A stretch of DNA of 64,000 nucleotides from an uncultured Gammaproteobacteria bacterium (GTDB lineage: Bacteria; Patescibacteriota; Microgenomatia; Levybacterales; UBA12049): contig CAZCCG010000003.1 in NCBI GenBank assembly GCA_964497535.1, positions 133,499 through 197,498 on the forward strand, written 5' to 3'. The notes beneath the pieces were generated by a model that ran no database searches, was not told the origin of the DNA, and saw only the letters and a program-made list of their open reading frames with translations. Below are positions 9,724-19,432 of this stretch, piece after piece. Positions within the stretch are counted from its first letter, which is position 1. Every line of letters begins with the position of its first letter. Both the position numbers and the translations under genes were made by a program.

Positions 9724-10899
9724 TCAAGATTGAGGGGTAAGCAGTATGCCTGAGCCCGGTTGTACGCGGATTTTTCCGTTCGAGTATACTGTAGCAGAGT
9801 TTATAACTACTTTTGTTATTTTCCCCTGTACTTTCCAGCCCTCAAATGGGGTCCATTTGCATTTCGTATAAAGATTTTCCTTCTTCAGTTCATACGTAGT
9901 ATCCATATCGATTTCGATATATGTGTTTTCCTGTTTCGGTACTTTAAAACATTCTTGGGGACCGTTATGGCACAGCCTTATAACATCTTCTAGAGTCAGG
10001 CGTTTTTGGGAAACGGCAGTCAAAAGGAGTGGAAGAGTTGTCTCAAGCCCCGGTACTCCAAATGGAATTGGAGCGGGCGGGTCCTGCCGCTCGTCACCCC
10101 CAACCCACGTCCTCACATTCATTGCGGGCGCTGGTTGAAGGTCCCCCACTCGCGTCACCCGCCCTTCAATGAGTGCTTTTCCAAGCTTTTCCTCAGTTGT
10201 ATGAGGGGCATGGTCTGATTCTACACAGTCAATATATGATAGGTTATTCCAGAGATAATCCACATCTTTCTGGGATTTTAAATACGGTTTCATTTTGCCA
10301 AATGGTCCTAATTTTCGCCCATCTGTTGCTGTTAAAAAGAGATGGTGAGGAGTAACGCCGCAGGTTACGCTTAATCCCTGCCCTTTTGCCTGTTTGATCT
10401 GTTCCAAATCTGATTGTGTTGAGATGTGGCAAAAGTGAATTTTTTGTCCAATCTGTTTGCTCAGTTGTATGCAAAAAGCGACTGCATCGTCTTCTGCATG
10501 AAGAAGAACCGGTTTGTGCGGATTTGCTTGGTGCCAGGCAGTAAAAATTTTTTTAAGCTGTGTTTTATCGATCAAAAAGTTGCCGGTGGTTTCATTTAAA
10601 TATACTTTTAGTCCAAACACAGATGGAGCTACTTTTTTAAACTCTATCAAATTATCTCCTAATGTCCCAAAATAGAAACCAATATTACAAACTATTTGTT
10701 TTTGTGCAAGAGAGATTTTTTCATCAAGCCGTTTCTGGGTTGTAATAGGAATAGTATTATTTGGCATATCCAAAACTGTTGTGAATCCTCCGGCTACTGC
10801 TGCACAGGTACCGGTATAGAAATCTTCTTTCTGCTCTTGTCCGGGAGTCCGCAAATGTACATGAGGATCAATAAGGCCTGGAAGTTTTAGTATGTTCAT
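9724..10899 (-). CDS. pyrC: dihydroorotase carrying an in-frame palindromic insertion
   Basis: PGLIDPHVHLR, HAED, VTPHHL, SDHAPH, GVPGLET; last gene of the pyr operon. Confidence 0.92.
   Translation of the reverse strand: MNILKLPGLIDPHVHLRTPGQEQKEDFYTGTCAAVAGGFTTVLDMPNNTIPITTQKRLDEKISLAQKQIVCNIGFYFGTLGDNLIEFKKVAPSVFGLKVYLNETTGNFLIDKTQLKKIFTAWHQANPHKPVLLHAEDDAVAFCIQLSKQIGQKIHFCHISTQSDLEQIKQAKGQGLSVTCGVTPHHLFLTATDGRKLGPFGKMKPYLKSQKDVDYLWNNLSYIDCVESDHAPHTTEEKLGKALIEGRVTRVGDLQPAPAMNVRTWVGGDERQDPPAPIPFGVPGLETTLPLLLTAVSQKRLTLEDVIRLCHNGPQECFKVPKQENTYIEIDMDTTYELKKENLYTKCKWTPFEGWKVQGKITKVVINSATVYSNGKIRVQPGSGILLTPQS
10075..10164. repeat. 90-bp GC-rich palindromic element inserted in frame in pyrC
   Basis: Termini gggcgggt / acccgccc; 63 of 90 bases G+C; length is a multiple of 3. 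Confidence 0.65.
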
Positions 10900-13800
10900 A
10901 CCCATTGTAGTTTGTAATCTTGCCAGGAACGGATATGCAGATCTTTCAACGATTTATGAGTAATTGCTTCTATGAATAATTCTGCTTTTTTTAAATCTGT
11001 AAATAGTTGAATGTTGTAGTCTGTTGCTGCACGGCGAATCTGATAATCATCATTAATATCTTTTTTATACCCTCGGTCTACAATATTAATGGCCAGGTCT
11101 ACTTTTCCTGTTTGGAAAATGGTGAGAGTATTGGGAGAGTGTTTCTCATGAATTTTGTAGAGTTTCTTTGTCTTAATTCCCTGTTTGTGCAGAAATTGAG
11201 AGGTATTTTCCGTACCATAGAGTGGAAGGTTTAATGACAATAGTTTTTTTACACTTTCTAAAAAAAGTATTTTATTTGTGTCACCACCGAGGCTGATAAA
11301 TATTCCTTTTTGAGGTATTTTTGCTCCTACCGATAGTTCTGCCTTGAGAAATGCTTCTTCCACATCGTCCCCAAAGCATGCTACCTCACCCGTTGAGGCC
11401 ATTTCCACATCAAGTACCGGATCTGCTCCCGAAAGTCTGGCAAATGAAAACTGAGCTACTTTTGTAGCAACATAGTCATAATCCAAAAAGTTTCTGGGTA
11501 CTTCAGCTACCTCTTTTTTGAAAAATGCATCAGTTGCAAGCTTTATCATATCAATCCCTGTTACTTTTGAAATGAAAGGAAAGGTGCGAGAAGAACGCAA
11601 ATTAATTTCTATAACCATAATTTCATTGTCTTTTGACAGAAGTTGCATATTAAACGGTCCGGTGATTTCCAGTGCTTTTGCGATGCTATAGGTAATCTTT
11701 TTGATTTTCCGAAGTGTATCCAAATAGAGTTTTTGTGCGGGTAGAACAATCGATGCATCTCCTGAATGGACTCCCGCATTTTCTATATGTTCTGAAACAA
11801 TATAGGTAAGCACCGCGCCGTTTTTCGCAACACTGTCAACTTCCAGTTCTTTTGCGTTTTCAATAAATTTAGAAACGGTTATAGGATATTCATCAGATAT
11901 ATGGGCAGTTGCGTGTACATATTGTTGCAGGTCATCATTGGTATTACATATTTTCATATAACTGCCCGATAATACAAAAGATGGACGAGTAAGTACGGGA
12001 TATCCTACCTCTTGTGCAAATGAAATTGCGTCCTCGATTGTTGAGAATTTATTCCATGGAGGCTGTTGAATATTGAGGCTGTCAAGCAGTGAGGAAAATT
12101 TGCTTCGGTCCTCTGCCCGATCGATATTGGCCGGATCAGTCCCCACAATTTTAAATCCATATGCTTTCAGTGCTTTTGCGCGATTATTGGGAGTTTGTCC
12201 CCCTACCGATACAATTACTCCATCCGGTTGTTCAAATTCATAAATGTCAGCGATGCGTTCGAACGTAAGCTCTTCAAAATACAGTCTGTCTGCAATATCA
12301 TAATCGGTTGAAACAGTTTCGGGATTACAGTTAATCGTAATCGATTTTTTTCCATAGTCTTTTAAAGCCATAATGGTTCGTACACTGGTCCAATCAAATT
12401 CTACCGATGAACCGATTCGATAGGGACCGGATCCCAGAACAATGACCCCTACGTTCCCAAGCTTTTTTATATCATTATGGCTTCCGTTATAGGTCAGGTA
12501 TAAATAATTTGTTTTTGCGGGGAATTCCCCTGCTAATGTGTCTATTTGAAAAACAGAAGGAAGGATGTCATAGTCTTTGCGTAGCTTTCTTACTTCCAGT
12601 CCTGTTTTTCCGATAAGAATACCGATTCTTTTATCCGAAAATCCGTTTTGTTTGAGAGTAAGTAACAATTCTTTTGAGACGGCGTGGCTCTTTTGCGATT
12701 GTTTTAACAGTGACTGTTCTAAATCGACTATGTTTTTAATCCTGAATAAAAACCAGGGATCAATTCCTGTCAAGTGGTACGCTTCCTCAATTGACATCTC
12801 ATTATAAAATGCATGTGATATGGCAAATATACGGTTTGGGGTGGGATGTTTGAGAAGAGTTGAAATATTTGCAGATGATAATTTGCCGGTATCAAAAAGT
12901 GTCTCATTTACTGCTCCTTCAAAATCCAAATCGAGCATTCGGATGGCTTTTTGATATGCTTCCTCGAAGGTACGCCCGATACCCATTACTTCCCCCACTG
13001 ATTTCATACTGCTTCCTATCACCTCTTCTGCTCCTTTAAATTTGTCAATATCCCACCGGGGAATTTTAACTGTTATATAGTCAAGTGCCGGTTCAAAACA
13101 AAATTGAGTTGCCTGGGTTACTTTATTTTGAAGTTGCGTCAGCGTATATCCCAGGGCAAGTTTGGCCGCCACATAGGCAAGCGGATAGCCCGTGGCTTTA
13201 CTGGCAAGCGCTGAGCTTCGCGAAAGCCTGGCATTCATTTCAATGACATAATAGTCAAAGGTTTTTTTACCGGCTTTAACACCTGGATGAGGGTTGAGAG
13301 CAAATTGTACATTACACTCGCCTACTACTCCGAGACTTCTCACAATTTTTATGGCTGCATCGCGAAGCGAGTGATATTCAAAATTGGTAAGGGTTTGACT
13401 GGGTGCTACTACAATAGATTCTCCGGTATGTATTCCCAATGGATCCATATTTTCCATATTACATACCGTGATACAATTATCGGCGCTGTCCCGAACAACT
13501 TCATATTCAATCTCTTTGAAATGATGTAAGTATTGTTCCACTAAAATTTGTGAGACAAAAGAAAACGCATGTGATGCAATTGAAACAAGTTCTTTTTCCG
13601 AAGCTGCAATTCCACTCCCCTGCCCGCCCAAAGCAAATCCTGCTCGAAGCATAACAGGATATCCGATTGACTGTGCAATCTTTTTTGCCTCTCCTACATT
13701 TTTTGCGGTTTTGCTTAAGGGTGTTGGAATAGTCAGTGTATGAAGATGCTGGGCGAATTCTTTCCGGTCTTCTGTGAGTTGAATTGTCTCAACAGGAGTT

Positions 13801-14150
13801 CCTAATACTTTCACATTATTTTTTTTCAATATGCCCTTTTTATACAGTTCCAGTCCGCAGTTGAGTGCTGTTTGGCCGCCAAATGACAGGAAGACTCCAT
13901 CTGGTTTTTCTTTTTCTATGACTTTTTCTACAAAATAGACATTGACAGGCAGAAAATAGACAATATCTGCCATAAATTTGGATGTTTGGACCGTTGCAAT
14001 ATTGGGGTTTACCAGTACTGTCTGGATTCCTTCTTCTTTCAGAGCTTTGATTGCCTGAGAGCCTGAGTAATCAAATTCTCCTGCTTCCCCAATCTTTAAA
14101 GCTCCACTTCCCAATACAAGAATTTTTTTATATTTTGAATTATGAATCAT
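10896..14150 (-). CDS. carB: carbamoyl-phosphate synthase large subunit
   Basis: GSGALKIGEAGEFDYSG, NPETVSTDYD, duplicated ATP-grasp domains, C-terminal MGS domain. Confidence 0.97.
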   Translation of the reverse strand: MIHNSKYKKILVLGSGALKIGEAGEFDYSGSQAIKALKEEGIQTVLVNPNIATVQTSKFMADIVYFLPVNVYFVEKVIEKEKPDGVFLSFGGQTALNCGLELYKKGILKKNNVKVLGTPVETIQLTEDRKEFAQHLHTLTIPTPLSKTAKNVGEAKKIAQSIGYPVMLRAGFALGGQGSGIAASEKELVSIASHAFSFVSQILVEQYLHHFKEIEYEVVRDSADNCITVCNMENMDPLGIHTGESIVVAPSQTLTNFEYHSLRDAAIKIVRSLGVVGECNVQFALNPHPGVKAGKKTFDYYVIEMNARLSRSSALASKATGYPLAYVAAKLALGYTLTQLQNKVTQATQFCFEPALDYITVKIPRWDIDKFKGAEEVIGSSMKSVGEVMGIGRTFEEAYQKAIRMLDLDFEGAVNETLFDTGKLSSANISTLLKHPTPNRIFAISHAFYNEMSIEEAYHLTGIDPWFLFRIKNIVDLEQSLLKQSQKSHAVSKELLLTLKQNGFSDKRIGILIGKTGLEVRKLRKDYDILPSVFQIDTLAGEFPAKTNYLYLTYNGSHNDIKKLGNVGVIVLGSGPYRIGSSVEFDWTSVRTIMALKDYGKKSITINCNPETVSTDYDIADRLYFEELTFERIADIYEFEQPDGVIVSVGGQTPNNRAKALKAYGFKIVGTDPANIDRAEDRSKFSSLLDSLNIQQPPWNKFSTIEDAISFAQEVGYPVLTRPSFVLSGSYMKICNTNDDLQQYVHATAHISDEYPITVSKFIENAKELEVDSVAKNGAVLTYIVSEHIENAGVHSGDASIVLPAQKLYLDTLRKIKKITYSIAKALEITGPFNMQLLSKDNEIMVIEINLRSSRTFPFISKVTGIDMIKLATDAFFKKEVAEVPRNFLDYDYVATKVAQFSFARLSGADPVLDVEMASTGEVACFGDDVEEAFLKAELSVGAKIPQKGIFISLGGDTNKILFLESVKKLLSLNLPLYGTENTSQFLHKQGIKTKKLYKIHEKHSPNTLTIFQTGKVDLAINIVDRGYKKDINDDYQIRRAATDYNIQLFTDLKKAELFIEAITHKSLKDLHIRSWQDYKLQWV

Positions 14151-14556
14151 GAGTTATGAATAAAGGTTTTAGATTTTTTAATTAAGCCATTTAAAAGTTT
14201 GCTAACGACAATAGTTTTCTCCTCTGAGTTTTTAAAGATCACGTCTGAAATATAATGAATATCTTTTGCAATTAATAGTTGATTTTGGACTTCTGTTAAA
14301 GAACCTAACGCCATTGAATAAAATTGAATTTTTTCTTTATAAGAGGTTCTGCTAAAGCCTTCAGCTATATTGGACGTGATAGAGACAGCAGCTCTTCTTA
14401 ATTGGTTCGTTAATCCAAACTGTTCATTTTTGGGAAATTCGGATGTCAATTTATAAATTTCTAATACAAGCATATGCCCTTCTTTCCAAGCATTTAAATC
14501 TTTAAATGATTTTATCGCTGTGTCCATAATTCATAATTCTTACTTCATAATTCATT
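14134..14556. mobile_element. heptamer-armed cassette carrying a four-helix-bundle gene
   Basis: (tatgaat)-type x4 at 14134-14161 and inverted (attcata)-type x4 at 14529-14556 enclose the ORF; empty twin at 23987-24068. Confidence 0.55.
14147..14527 (-). CDS. four helix bundle protein (23S rRNA IVS protein / Avd-like family)
   Basis: FKDLNAW, FPKNEQFGLTNQLRRAAVSITSNIAEG, ALGSLTEVQNQL. Confidence 0.93.
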   Translation of the reverse strand: MDTAIKSFKDLNAWKEGHMLVLEIYKLTSEFPKNEQFGLTNQLRRAAVSITSNIAEGFSRTSYKEKIQFYSMALGSLTEVQNQLLIAKDIHYISDVIFKNSEEKTIVVSKLLNGLIKKSKTFIHNS

Positions 14557-15576
14557 TAGGAAGTAATCAAATATCCATTCCGCATCGGTTGGTCCCGGGG
14601 TGGCTTCCGGATGAAATTGTACAGACATAAGTGGTAATTTTTTATGTTTTATTCCTTCATTTGTATTGTCATTGGCATTGGTAAACCATGCTTCGAATCC
14701 CGAAGGAATTGTATCAACCGCAAATCCATGATTTTGAGTAGTAATAAAACAACGCTTGGAATTTGTCATCAGACAGGGTTGGTTTTGACTGCGATGTCCG
14801 TATTTGAGTTTTTTAGTATCACCACCGGCTGCAAGGGTGAGTAATTGATGTCCGAGACAAATCCCCAATATAGGAATATTTTTATGCAGTGCTTTTTGGA
14901 TGATTTTGACTGTTGCTGTTGCAAATTTAGGGTCACCGGGGCCATTGGAAATAAGCAAACCGTCAAATGATACGTTATCTGCAAATGGGTCATAGTTCCA
15001 TGGAACGGTAATAACAGTAACTCCCCGTTTTAGCAAACTATTTTCAATATTTCGTTTTGCACCGCAATCAATGAGTGCAATTTTTTTTCCTCCGTGTCCT
15101 TTTTTCAATACTTTCTTTGTTGAGACTTGCGAGACGAGATTGTCACCGTTAGGATCATACCAGGGAATATCCTGATCAAATATAATTTTCCCCAGCATTG
15201 TTCCTTTATCTCGTATTTTTTGAGTAAGAAGTCGTGTGTCTTTTATTTGGATCAGTGGAATATGTTCATCTCTAAACCATTGAGCGAGCGTTTTTTGGCT
15301 TTGGAAATGCGAGGGGGTATCGATATAGTCACTTACAATCAGACCCGATACCATAATATGATCTGACTCCCAAAATATTTTCTCCGGTACTCCGTAGTTT
15401 CCAATCAGAGGATAGGTAAGAGTCAATATCTGTCCTTTATATGATGGATCAGTAAGGCTTTCGGGATATCCCATCATCCCGGTCGAAAAAACAACTTCTC
15501 CAGCTTTTCCCGTAGTATCACCAAATGACTGTGCTTCAAATTCCGATTTATCCTCAAGTATTAGCTTAGCTCTCAT
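14545..15576 (-). CDS. carA: carbamoyl-phosphate synthase small subunit
   Basis: GEVVFSTGMMGYPESLTDPSY, SNGPGDP, GICLGHQ, QFHPE. Confidence 0.97.
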   Translation of the reverse strand: MRAKLILEDKSEFEAQSFGDTTGKAGEVVFSTGMMGYPESLTDPSYKGQILTLTYPLIGNYGVPEKIFWESDHIMVSGLIVSDYIDTPSHFQSQKTLAQWFRDEHIPLIQIKDTRLLTQKIRDKGTMLGKIIFDQDIPWYDPNGDNLVSQVSTKKVLKKGHGGKKIALIDCGAKRNIENSLLKRGVTVITVPWNYDPFADNVSFDGLLISNGPGDPKFATATVKIIQKALHKNIPILGICLGHQLLTLAAGGDTKKLKYGHRSQNQPCLMTNSKRCFITTQNHGFAVDTIPSGFEAWFTNANDNTNEGIKHKKLPLMSVQFHPEATPGPTDAEWIFDYFLNEL

Positions 15577-15578
15577 AT

Positions 15579-15690
15579 CTAATTTTCAATTTAAAATTTT
15601 AAATTTTCAATGAAATCCCAATATTCAATTTGAAATGTTTCAAACATTAAAAATTAGACAAATGAAAATTCAATGAAAATTGCAAATTTA
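15579..15690. repeat. AT-rich inverted simple-repeat array at the pyrB-carA junction
   Basis: aattttcaat-type units on the left, tgaaaatt-type units on the right. Confidence 0.5.
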
Positions 15691-16650
15691 TAGTTTTCCA
15701 AGTACCAACCCCAGGAGGGCCATTCTTACATACATGCCGTTTTGTACTTGTGACCGTAGATATACAGCTCGTGGATCTCCATCTATTTCTGTATGAATTT
15801 CGTCAATACGGGGAAGAGCATGCATAATAATGCTCCTCTTTTTCATATGAGAGGCAAGATTGTTATCAACTACATATTTCCCTTTTACTTTATTGTAGAG
15901 ATCTACCGGCATAAATTCTTTCTTCACGCGAGTTACATATAATACATCAGTATCTCCAATCACAGAATGAATATCTGAATCTTGATTAAAGCTCACTTTT
16001 CTATCTGTTAAATATCTTTTTGTCTCGGCATTGAGAGACACTTCTGGAGGAGAAATAAAACTCATTGTAATATTTGGAAAAAGAGTTAGTACTTTTGCAA
16101 GCGAATTGACTGGACGATAATGGGCAAGTTCTCCCAAGAATGTAATATGGAGATTTTCTAATTTTCCTAATTCTTCTTGGATAGTATAGAGGTCATACAA
16201 TGCCTGTGTTGGGTGTTCACCAATTCCCTCGCCGGCATTGATAATAGGGATAGTTGTAACGCGGGCCGCACGTTGCATTGATCCGAGTTCCGGATGACGC
16301 ATAACAATAACATCACTATATGCACTAAAGGTTTGTATTGTATCTTCAAGTGTCTCCCCTTTTGCTACTGAAGATTGTGCCATTGCTTGCAGCGGGATAA
16401 ATCCTCCTCCGAGTCTCTGCATGCCGGCTACAAACGATCCAAAGGTTCTGCTGCTGGGTTCAAAAAAAAGAGCAGCCATTATTTTATTCTTAAGTAGGTC
16501 GGTTCCTCCTTTTTGAAGGACGAGGTGTTTTATTTCTTCTGCCTTTTGGAGGACGAGTTGCAGGTCTTGTTTTGAAAATTGTTCTGAGGATAGAATATCT
16601 TTACCGTTAAAATTTCCGTTTATCTTGTCAGATCCAATGGGTGTAGTCAT
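15688..16650 (-). CDS. pyrB: aspartate carbamoyltransferase catalytic subunit
   Basis: FFEPSSRT, KGETLEDT, HPTQAL, MHALPR; start ATG 16650. Confidence 0.96.
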   Translation of the reverse strand: MTTPIGSDKINGNFNGKDILSSEQFSKQDLQLVLQKAEEIKHLVLQKGGTDLLKNKIMAALFFEPSSRTFGSFVAGMQRLGGGFIPLQAMAQSSVAKGETLEDTIQTFSAYSDVIVMRHPELGSMQRAARVTTIPIINAGEGIGEHPTQALYDLYTIQEELGKLENLHITFLGELAHYRPVNSLAKVLTLFPNITMSFISPPEVSLNAETKRYLTDRKVSFNQDSDIHSVIGDTDVLYVTRVKKEFMPVDLYNKVKGKYVVDNNLASHMKKRSIIMHALPRIDEIHTEIDGDPRAVYLRSQVQNGMYVRMALLGLVLGKL

Positions 16651-16719
16651 AAAAAAACAGAGCACGTGCGGAACTGGCTCTGAGGACTTAGTTTACAGAA
16701 AAATATTATATGATGTCAA
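16651..16719 (-). promoter_or_regulatory. pyr operon promoter with a terminator-like leader hairpin
   Basis: TTGACA-18nt-TAAACT, then CAGAGC-loop-GCTCTG + T7 directly abutting the pyrB ATG. Confidence 0.5.
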
Positions 16720-16728
16720 GCATTCAAA

Positions 16729-17673
16729 CTATACCAAACTCTCAAACCGTTGTACCTCTTCAATCAGTTTGTCTTCCAAAGCTTCGTCAGATGATGAATG
16801 TCCTGAAATAACAAAAGAAAGTTTTGAATTCTTAATTTGCTTATGGAGATTATATGCATTGATTGGCGGACAGACAAAGTCATATCTACCATGAACAATT
16901 GATACCGGTACATCAGATAATACATGAGCATTTTTAAGAATATAATTATCTTCCAGAAAACATTTATTAACTATATAATGGATTTCAATCAGTGACATGG
17001 CAAAGTCAAAGTCGTTTTTTAACTCTTCTTCAAATGCAGTTATAGAAGTATTATTCATTTTGGTTATAAATCCTTCATAAAGATCCCATTCAAATGCATA
17101 TTTGTCTCGATTTTTTTGATCCCCTGTCGTCATCTTTTCATAGTAATATGCAATTGCATTGTTTCTCTTTTCTGACGGGACAAGATGCATAAATCGTTCC
17201 CAACTTTCCGGGAAAAAGTTCTGTATGGTGTTGTCAAAGTGGTAATCATCATCTTTGTTGCACAGAAAAATACCCCGCACAATGATGCCTGATACACGTT
17301 CTCTGTTTTGTATTGCATAGACAAGTGCCAGAGTTGATCCCCAGGAACCACCAAAGAGTACTGCCTTATCAATCTTTAATGAATCAAGTAGTTTGTTCAT
17401 ATCATCTACTAAATCTTTCGTAGTATTGTTCTTCAAAGATGCGTGCGGTCTACTTCTTCCTGATCCTCGTTGGTCAAAGAGTATTACATTCCATATTTTG
17501 GGGTCAAAGAATCGCTTGGCTTCATCACTAAAACCGATACCTGGTCCCCCATGGACAAAAAGAAGTGGTTTTCCATTGGGATTGCCATAACACTCATAAT
17601 ATAATTCATATCCATCCCCCACTTTTAAATAGCCATTTTTATATGTATTTTGTTGGTGGTAAGTTTCACTCAT
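16729..17673 (-). CDS. pip: prolyl aminopeptidase (S33)
   Basis: HGGPG, FDQRGSGRS, GGSWGSTL, GRYDFVCP. Confidence 0.93.
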   Translation of the reverse strand: MSETYHQQNTYKNGYLKVGDGYELYYECYGNPNGKPLLFVHGGPGIGFSDEAKRFFDPKIWNVILFDQRGSGRSRPHASLKNNTTKDLVDDMNKLLDSLKIDKAVLFGGSWGSTLALVYAIQNRERVSGIIVRGIFLCNKDDDYHFDNTIQNFFPESWERFMHLVPSEKRNNAIAYYYEKMTTGDQKNRDKYAFEWDLYEGFITKMNNTSITAFEEELKNDFDFAMSLIEIHYIVNKCFLEDNYILKNAHVLSDVPVSIVHGRYDFVCPPINAYNLHKQIKNSKLSFVISGHSSSDEALEDKLIEEVQRFESLV

Positions 17674-17675
17674 AG

Positions 17676-18662
17676 TTATCTGATAAAATCCAATGGATAA
17701 TCAATCCACCCTAAATTTTCTTCTCGTTTCATCCATACTCGTGCGATTCTTTGTTCTAAATCAGTAATCATTCTCCCAATTGTTCGTTCATTAAACAAAC
17801 TGTCCTTTGTCCCTTCTGAGGTATTACTCACGACGTGTGTAAGTTCATTCAGTATCATATGAGGTTTGACTAATTTGCAAGCATCATCATATCGTTCATA
17901 GGTACCCGTTGAGTTATCATTCTGTTCATATTTTTTAAGGCTTGGGTCTAAGTAGTGGTTTGTGTGTGCATAGGGAACGTCTGGTTGTAGCAGAACTGCT
18001 TCTGTTGCACTGCATTCAAGGTCGTATACGTGACCTTCTAAATTGGTGAAAACATGATTATATCCATTTGCCCGTTGGAATGTTTGTAGCCTTTTAAAAT
18101 CCTTTTCTAGATCATGAGTTTCTGATAGCCATCTGCCAATAACGTCCCTTGTTATGCCAACTTGGTGATCAGTATGAGTCATAGTATTAGTTGCCATAAC
18201 CCATCCAAATGAATTTACAGAACAGGATACTCCTCCTAACGTATTGTAATAAAAAAATTCCAGATTCGTGATACCGTTTACTGTTTTTTTAAGTAAACAG
18301 ATAAGATCCTCCGATCCTACCTCCCAATCTTCAGTATGTGCAAGCAGTTTCCCGTTATTGGTTACCATAATCGAGCACTTTTCCACATACTCAATATCAG
18401 TTTCAAGTCCCATGGTCCAAAATGAAAGAAAATCAATATTTGAAGCTTTTGCATAACCTTCCAGTTCTCTAAGATATTGGGGGAAGTAGTCTTTTATATA
18501 CGGAAGATAAACCTGGAATGCTTCAATCCTTTTTTTCCAATTGGCTTCGGAAGAAGCTCTCTTCAATTTTTCTCTGGCAACTTCACCAAACAATTCTCCT
18601 TTTTGTAATCCCAAGTCATAATCATCTTTTGCCGTAATCTCATAATAGTATTTATGTTTCAT
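17676..18662 (-). CDS. C45 family Ntn-hydrolase / acyltransferase
   Basis: ELEGYA, KCS autoproteolytic Cys, LAHTEDW, HTNHYL. Confidence 0.8.
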   Translation of the reverse strand: MKHKYYYEITAKDDYDLGLQKGELFGEVAREKLKRASSEANWKKRIEAFQVYLPYIKDYFPQYLRELEGYAKASNIDFLSFWTMGLETDIEYVEKCSIMVTNNGKLLAHTEDWEVGSEDLICLLKKTVNGITNLEFFYYNTLGGVSCSVNSFGWVMATNTMTHTDHQVGITRDVIGRWLSETHDLEKDFKRLQTFQRANGYNHVFTNLEGHVYDLECSATEAVLLQPDVPYAHTNHYLDPSLKKYEQNDNSTGTYERYDDACKLVKPHMILNELTHVVSNTSEGTKDSLFNERTIGRMITDLEQRIARVWMKREENLGWIDYPLDFIR

Positions 18663-18710
18663 GAGGTTATTCTATCAAATAGTGGAGGGTCATGATAGAA
18701 TCAGAAATAT

Positions 18711-19217
18711 ATGGAACAGGTGGATATTGTTGATGAGAATGATCGAGTATTTTCTTCGACTTCTAAGCAAGAAGCGCATGAAAAAGGTTTGCTTCATCGC
18801 ACGGTAATTTCCGAGGTGATAGATTCAAAAGGGCGATGGCTATTTGTAAAACAGTCATCAACTCGTCAGGACGCAGGGCAATATGTCTCCCCTGTTGGCG
18901 GACATGTGAAAGCTAAGGAATCAGAAGACGAAGCACTGCGGCGCGAAACGTTAGAAGAATTAGGAATAAAGGATTTCACTTTTCGTTTAGTAGGAAAGGC
19001 AATTTTTCAGCGTACTGTTCTTAACAGAAATGAAAATCATTTCTTTATTTTGTATGAGATAACTTCAGATGCACAGCCTGTTTTAAACCATGAATCAGAG
19101 AGTTATCAGTACTGGACTCGGGAAGAGATCAAAGAAGCTCTTAAAACAAATCCTGGGATGTTTGGGGATGCTTTCCACTTTGTCGTCAAGACCTTCTATC
19201 GTGATCTTTTAGGTTGA
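18711..19217 (+). CDS. NUDIX hydrolase (IDI type 1-like)
   Basis: HEKGLLHR, GGHVKAKESEDEALRRETLEELG Nudix box. Confidence 0.88.
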   Translation: MEQVDIVDENDRVFSSTSKQEAHEKGLLHRTVISEVIDSKGRWLFVKQSSTRQDAGQYVSPVGGHVKAKESEDEALRRETLEELGIKDFTFRLVGKAIFQRTVLNRNENHFFILYEITSDAQPVLNHESESYQYWTREEIKEALKTNPGMFGDAFHFVVKTFYRDLLG

Positions 19218-19387
19218 TGCTTATATTTATGAGTTTTCCCTTTTGGTTTAAATAAAAGTGACTTGATAAAATTCTTCTTTTTCTGTGCTTCACGTATATC
19301 TTTTGCAGCTTCTTTTTCAAAATCCGTAATCTCATCCAGATCATCCGCTTCTTCCTGAGTCATGATATCTTTTGGCTTGTCCCTCAT
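19196..19387 (-). CDS. small hypothetical protein
   Basis: 63 aa charged ORF with TACAAT -10-like hexamer just upstream. Confidence 0.5.
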   Translation of the reverse strand: MRDKPKDIMTQEEADDLDEITDFEKEAAKDIREAQKKKNFIKSLLFKPKGKTHKYKHQPKRSR

Positions 19388-19432
19388 GACAGTATTGTAT
19401 CACTCCGCATACGTTGGCTGTATAATAAACCC

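Noticed and set aside
14147-14527. Diversity-generating retroelement (Avd-like gene)
   Set aside because: No reverse transcriptase or TR/VR pair seen in the window
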